The notes beneath the pieces are model-generated. The model did no database searches and was not told the origin of the DNA. It was given only the letters and a program-made list of their open reading frames with translations. From NCBI GenBank assembly GCA_002269645.1, contig NIVC01001067.1, forward strand, positions 69,107-133,106: a DNA stretch of 64,000 nucleotides. Direction: 5' to 3'. This DNA is from Macrostomum lignano. Its lineage: Eukaryota. A program made the translations under genes and the position numbers. Below are positions 62,166-64,000 of this stretch, piece by piece; the first letter of the stretch is position 1, and each line of letters begins with the position of its first letter.

Positions 62166-64000
62166 CCTAATATCGCCGAAACAAACCAAAGTACTATTTT
62201 AGTATAAAAAGCAAGCAAGGTAGTTAATTTTTTCCGTACCTACCTGCAAAATAAATTAGTCACAAACGCCCTGTGACTAACGTCAACGGCTCGTAAGAAG
62301 ACAGTTTCATATAAAGTACATATTCAACCCCTAGACTTCAACCCCTATATGTCTCGACAGGCATGACTGATTTTTACTGACACACCAGGTCTGAAAAAAC
62401 TTTGCAGTTACTCATTGGTTTCACTAATTCTCGTAGGCATTTAGCTTCTGTTCAAAATCTTCAAATGATAGATAGAGTACCTGGTTTGGGTTCAAGGTAT
62501 TTTATCCGGCTACCGAGATACAGTAGTATAGAATCGACAATCTGATCCACTTTCTATCCCTTGGTTTAATTAATGAAGTTTGCCTAAGAAACGCCGCTAA
62601 GGCACGCTCGACAAGCAGGTACAGCAGTTGATATGGTAAGCTAAATTCTTTATCATACTGGTATCATATCCGCTGCCAGGAACTCTCTCTTTCTCCACTG
62701 TCCGTTTGCTTCGGGAAAAGCCGGCTAGCGTAGATGCCTTTGCAGTGGCTGTGGCTTCTGCAGCATGTCTACAGTCAAAGAAAATTTAGACCCATGGTCA
62801 GTTGAAGACATGGTTTAGAGGAGAGAAGAAAGGATCGGGGAAGGGATAACTTACCTTCCTGGCCTTGCCCAGACCGAAAAATGGGAACGCAAGTAGAGAA
62901 AGGGGTAGGCTGAAAAAGGATAGAAAAAAGTTCAGCTGTGTAGCACGATTTGGGCAACAAGCGATGGCGTTTCCTTAGCCCAGCAACACGCATCAGTCTT
63001 GTATCTTGCCTGTGCGGACTTCTTCTACCATAACATATTAGTTCGTATAGCAAATTTCGTCAAGACTGTTTTTGACAAGAAAAGTTAACAATTTCTATTT
63101 CTACATTCTTTAGTGCATGTAGTTAAACTACCTAACGCAAATGCTGCGTATTTTCATTATGTAACTCATCTACATTCTAAACAAGTGCATAGTAGTAAAG
63201 TGCTCAGGAGAGTCAGCCTAATGGACTGAGTTGCCCGATCACTAGTTATGGGACGATGTCACCTCAGAGCTCGCACAGACTCAAGAAGATCTTCTTGAAA
63301 ACGAAGATTAGATATCTGCAGGCTATAAGGAGCCAGTGTACTTTGAAGTTACCCAACGCTACAAGAACTCGAAGTTTGAGCGTACTTGCAGGTGCATAGG
63401 AGAGTGAAATATCTCGAAGTGCTGATTAACAAGCTGCAATTGCTGTCCTAATTACATGGTCTTATTAGCAATATCTGGCACAGAGGAACACGGCACCGCG
63501 TCTATTTTGTTTGAGACGAGATCCCAGGCGCTTTGCTTCTCAAAGAAGCCTGCTAAAACACAGTGAAAAGTGGCTTAGAAACAGGCTATTTTTGCAGAGA
63601 GAGTTTCTCTCCCCTGCTCCATGGCAGATCTCTCAGCGACTTTGTCAGTTTCCTCAAGCATCGCAATTAATTGAACGCGTGTTGCCGGTAAAAAGACCCC
63701 GAAGTGAACATCGAATCAGTCTCTGATACTTGTAACACTGCATGGTTAACAAGGAGGAAATGCTGGGGATAGTTCCACAGTGAGTAAAGACATCGAGCGA
63801 ACTACATGAAATGAAATTGCTAGATGTCTTTCAGCTCTTTTAGCTAGTATGAAATTTTTTATTAGAATGAACCTACTATGTCAACGTATTAGTTTGAGGC
63901 TTCGTGTTATCTCAATCTGACAAAAATATGAAACCTGAACTATTAATTGAACTCACCGTGGTTGACAGCTGTTTTCCTAGTACTCTGGTTCGCCTCAACC

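Noticed and set aside
63230-63400. Protein-like frame LPDH*LWDDVTSELAQ...FEVTQRYKNSKFERTC
   Set aside because: It has two in-frame stops and no family I recognise; cannot be assigned without a search.

Overview
This is animal genomic DNA with spliceosomal introns and a very high repeat content. Its gene and repeat style suggests a free-living flatworm such as Macrostomum, but that is inference and cannot be proven from the window. Seven host genes can be assembled exon by exon with consistent splice phases: an ankyrin + Mab-21/cGAS-like nucleotidyltransferase (<1-7357, +), an AltMIEF1-like LYR microprotein (19792-21250, +), a DUF1295/steroid 5-alpha-reductase-like protein (21729-23974, +), intronless Derlin-1 (26226-27014, +), NudE/NDEL1 (to 35111, +), DYRK2/3 (37666-42520, -) and a PFTAIRE kinase CDK14/15 (56084->61837, -). 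There is also a broken F-type lectin gene. Most large introns hold their own tandem array, and all the long repetitive ORFs in the track are artefacts of these arrays. Mobile elements include an internally deleted Tc1/IS630 element, an internally deleted THAP/P-like transposase, a three-level hAT/foldback/MITE nest, two small MITEs with exact 8-bp TSDs, and a full-length 4.5-kb Ingi-like LINE (APE-RT-RNase H-CCHC) bounded by a 12-bp TSD. The most striking observation is the 5' end of this LINE. It starts exactly at G1 of a foldable HDV-like ribozyme. Its first AUG then encodes MHTVLRLRGG, an 8/10 match to the ubiquitin C-terminus, placed where related elements carry a 2A peptide. This suggests a retrotransposon that uses host deubiquitinases to mature its protein. 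Other leads are complementary microsatellites bracketing a symmetric NudE exon (circRNA or skipping), a 45-unit CCAAT array with 33-bp spacing, and Derlin-1 enclosed by inverted satellite arrays.
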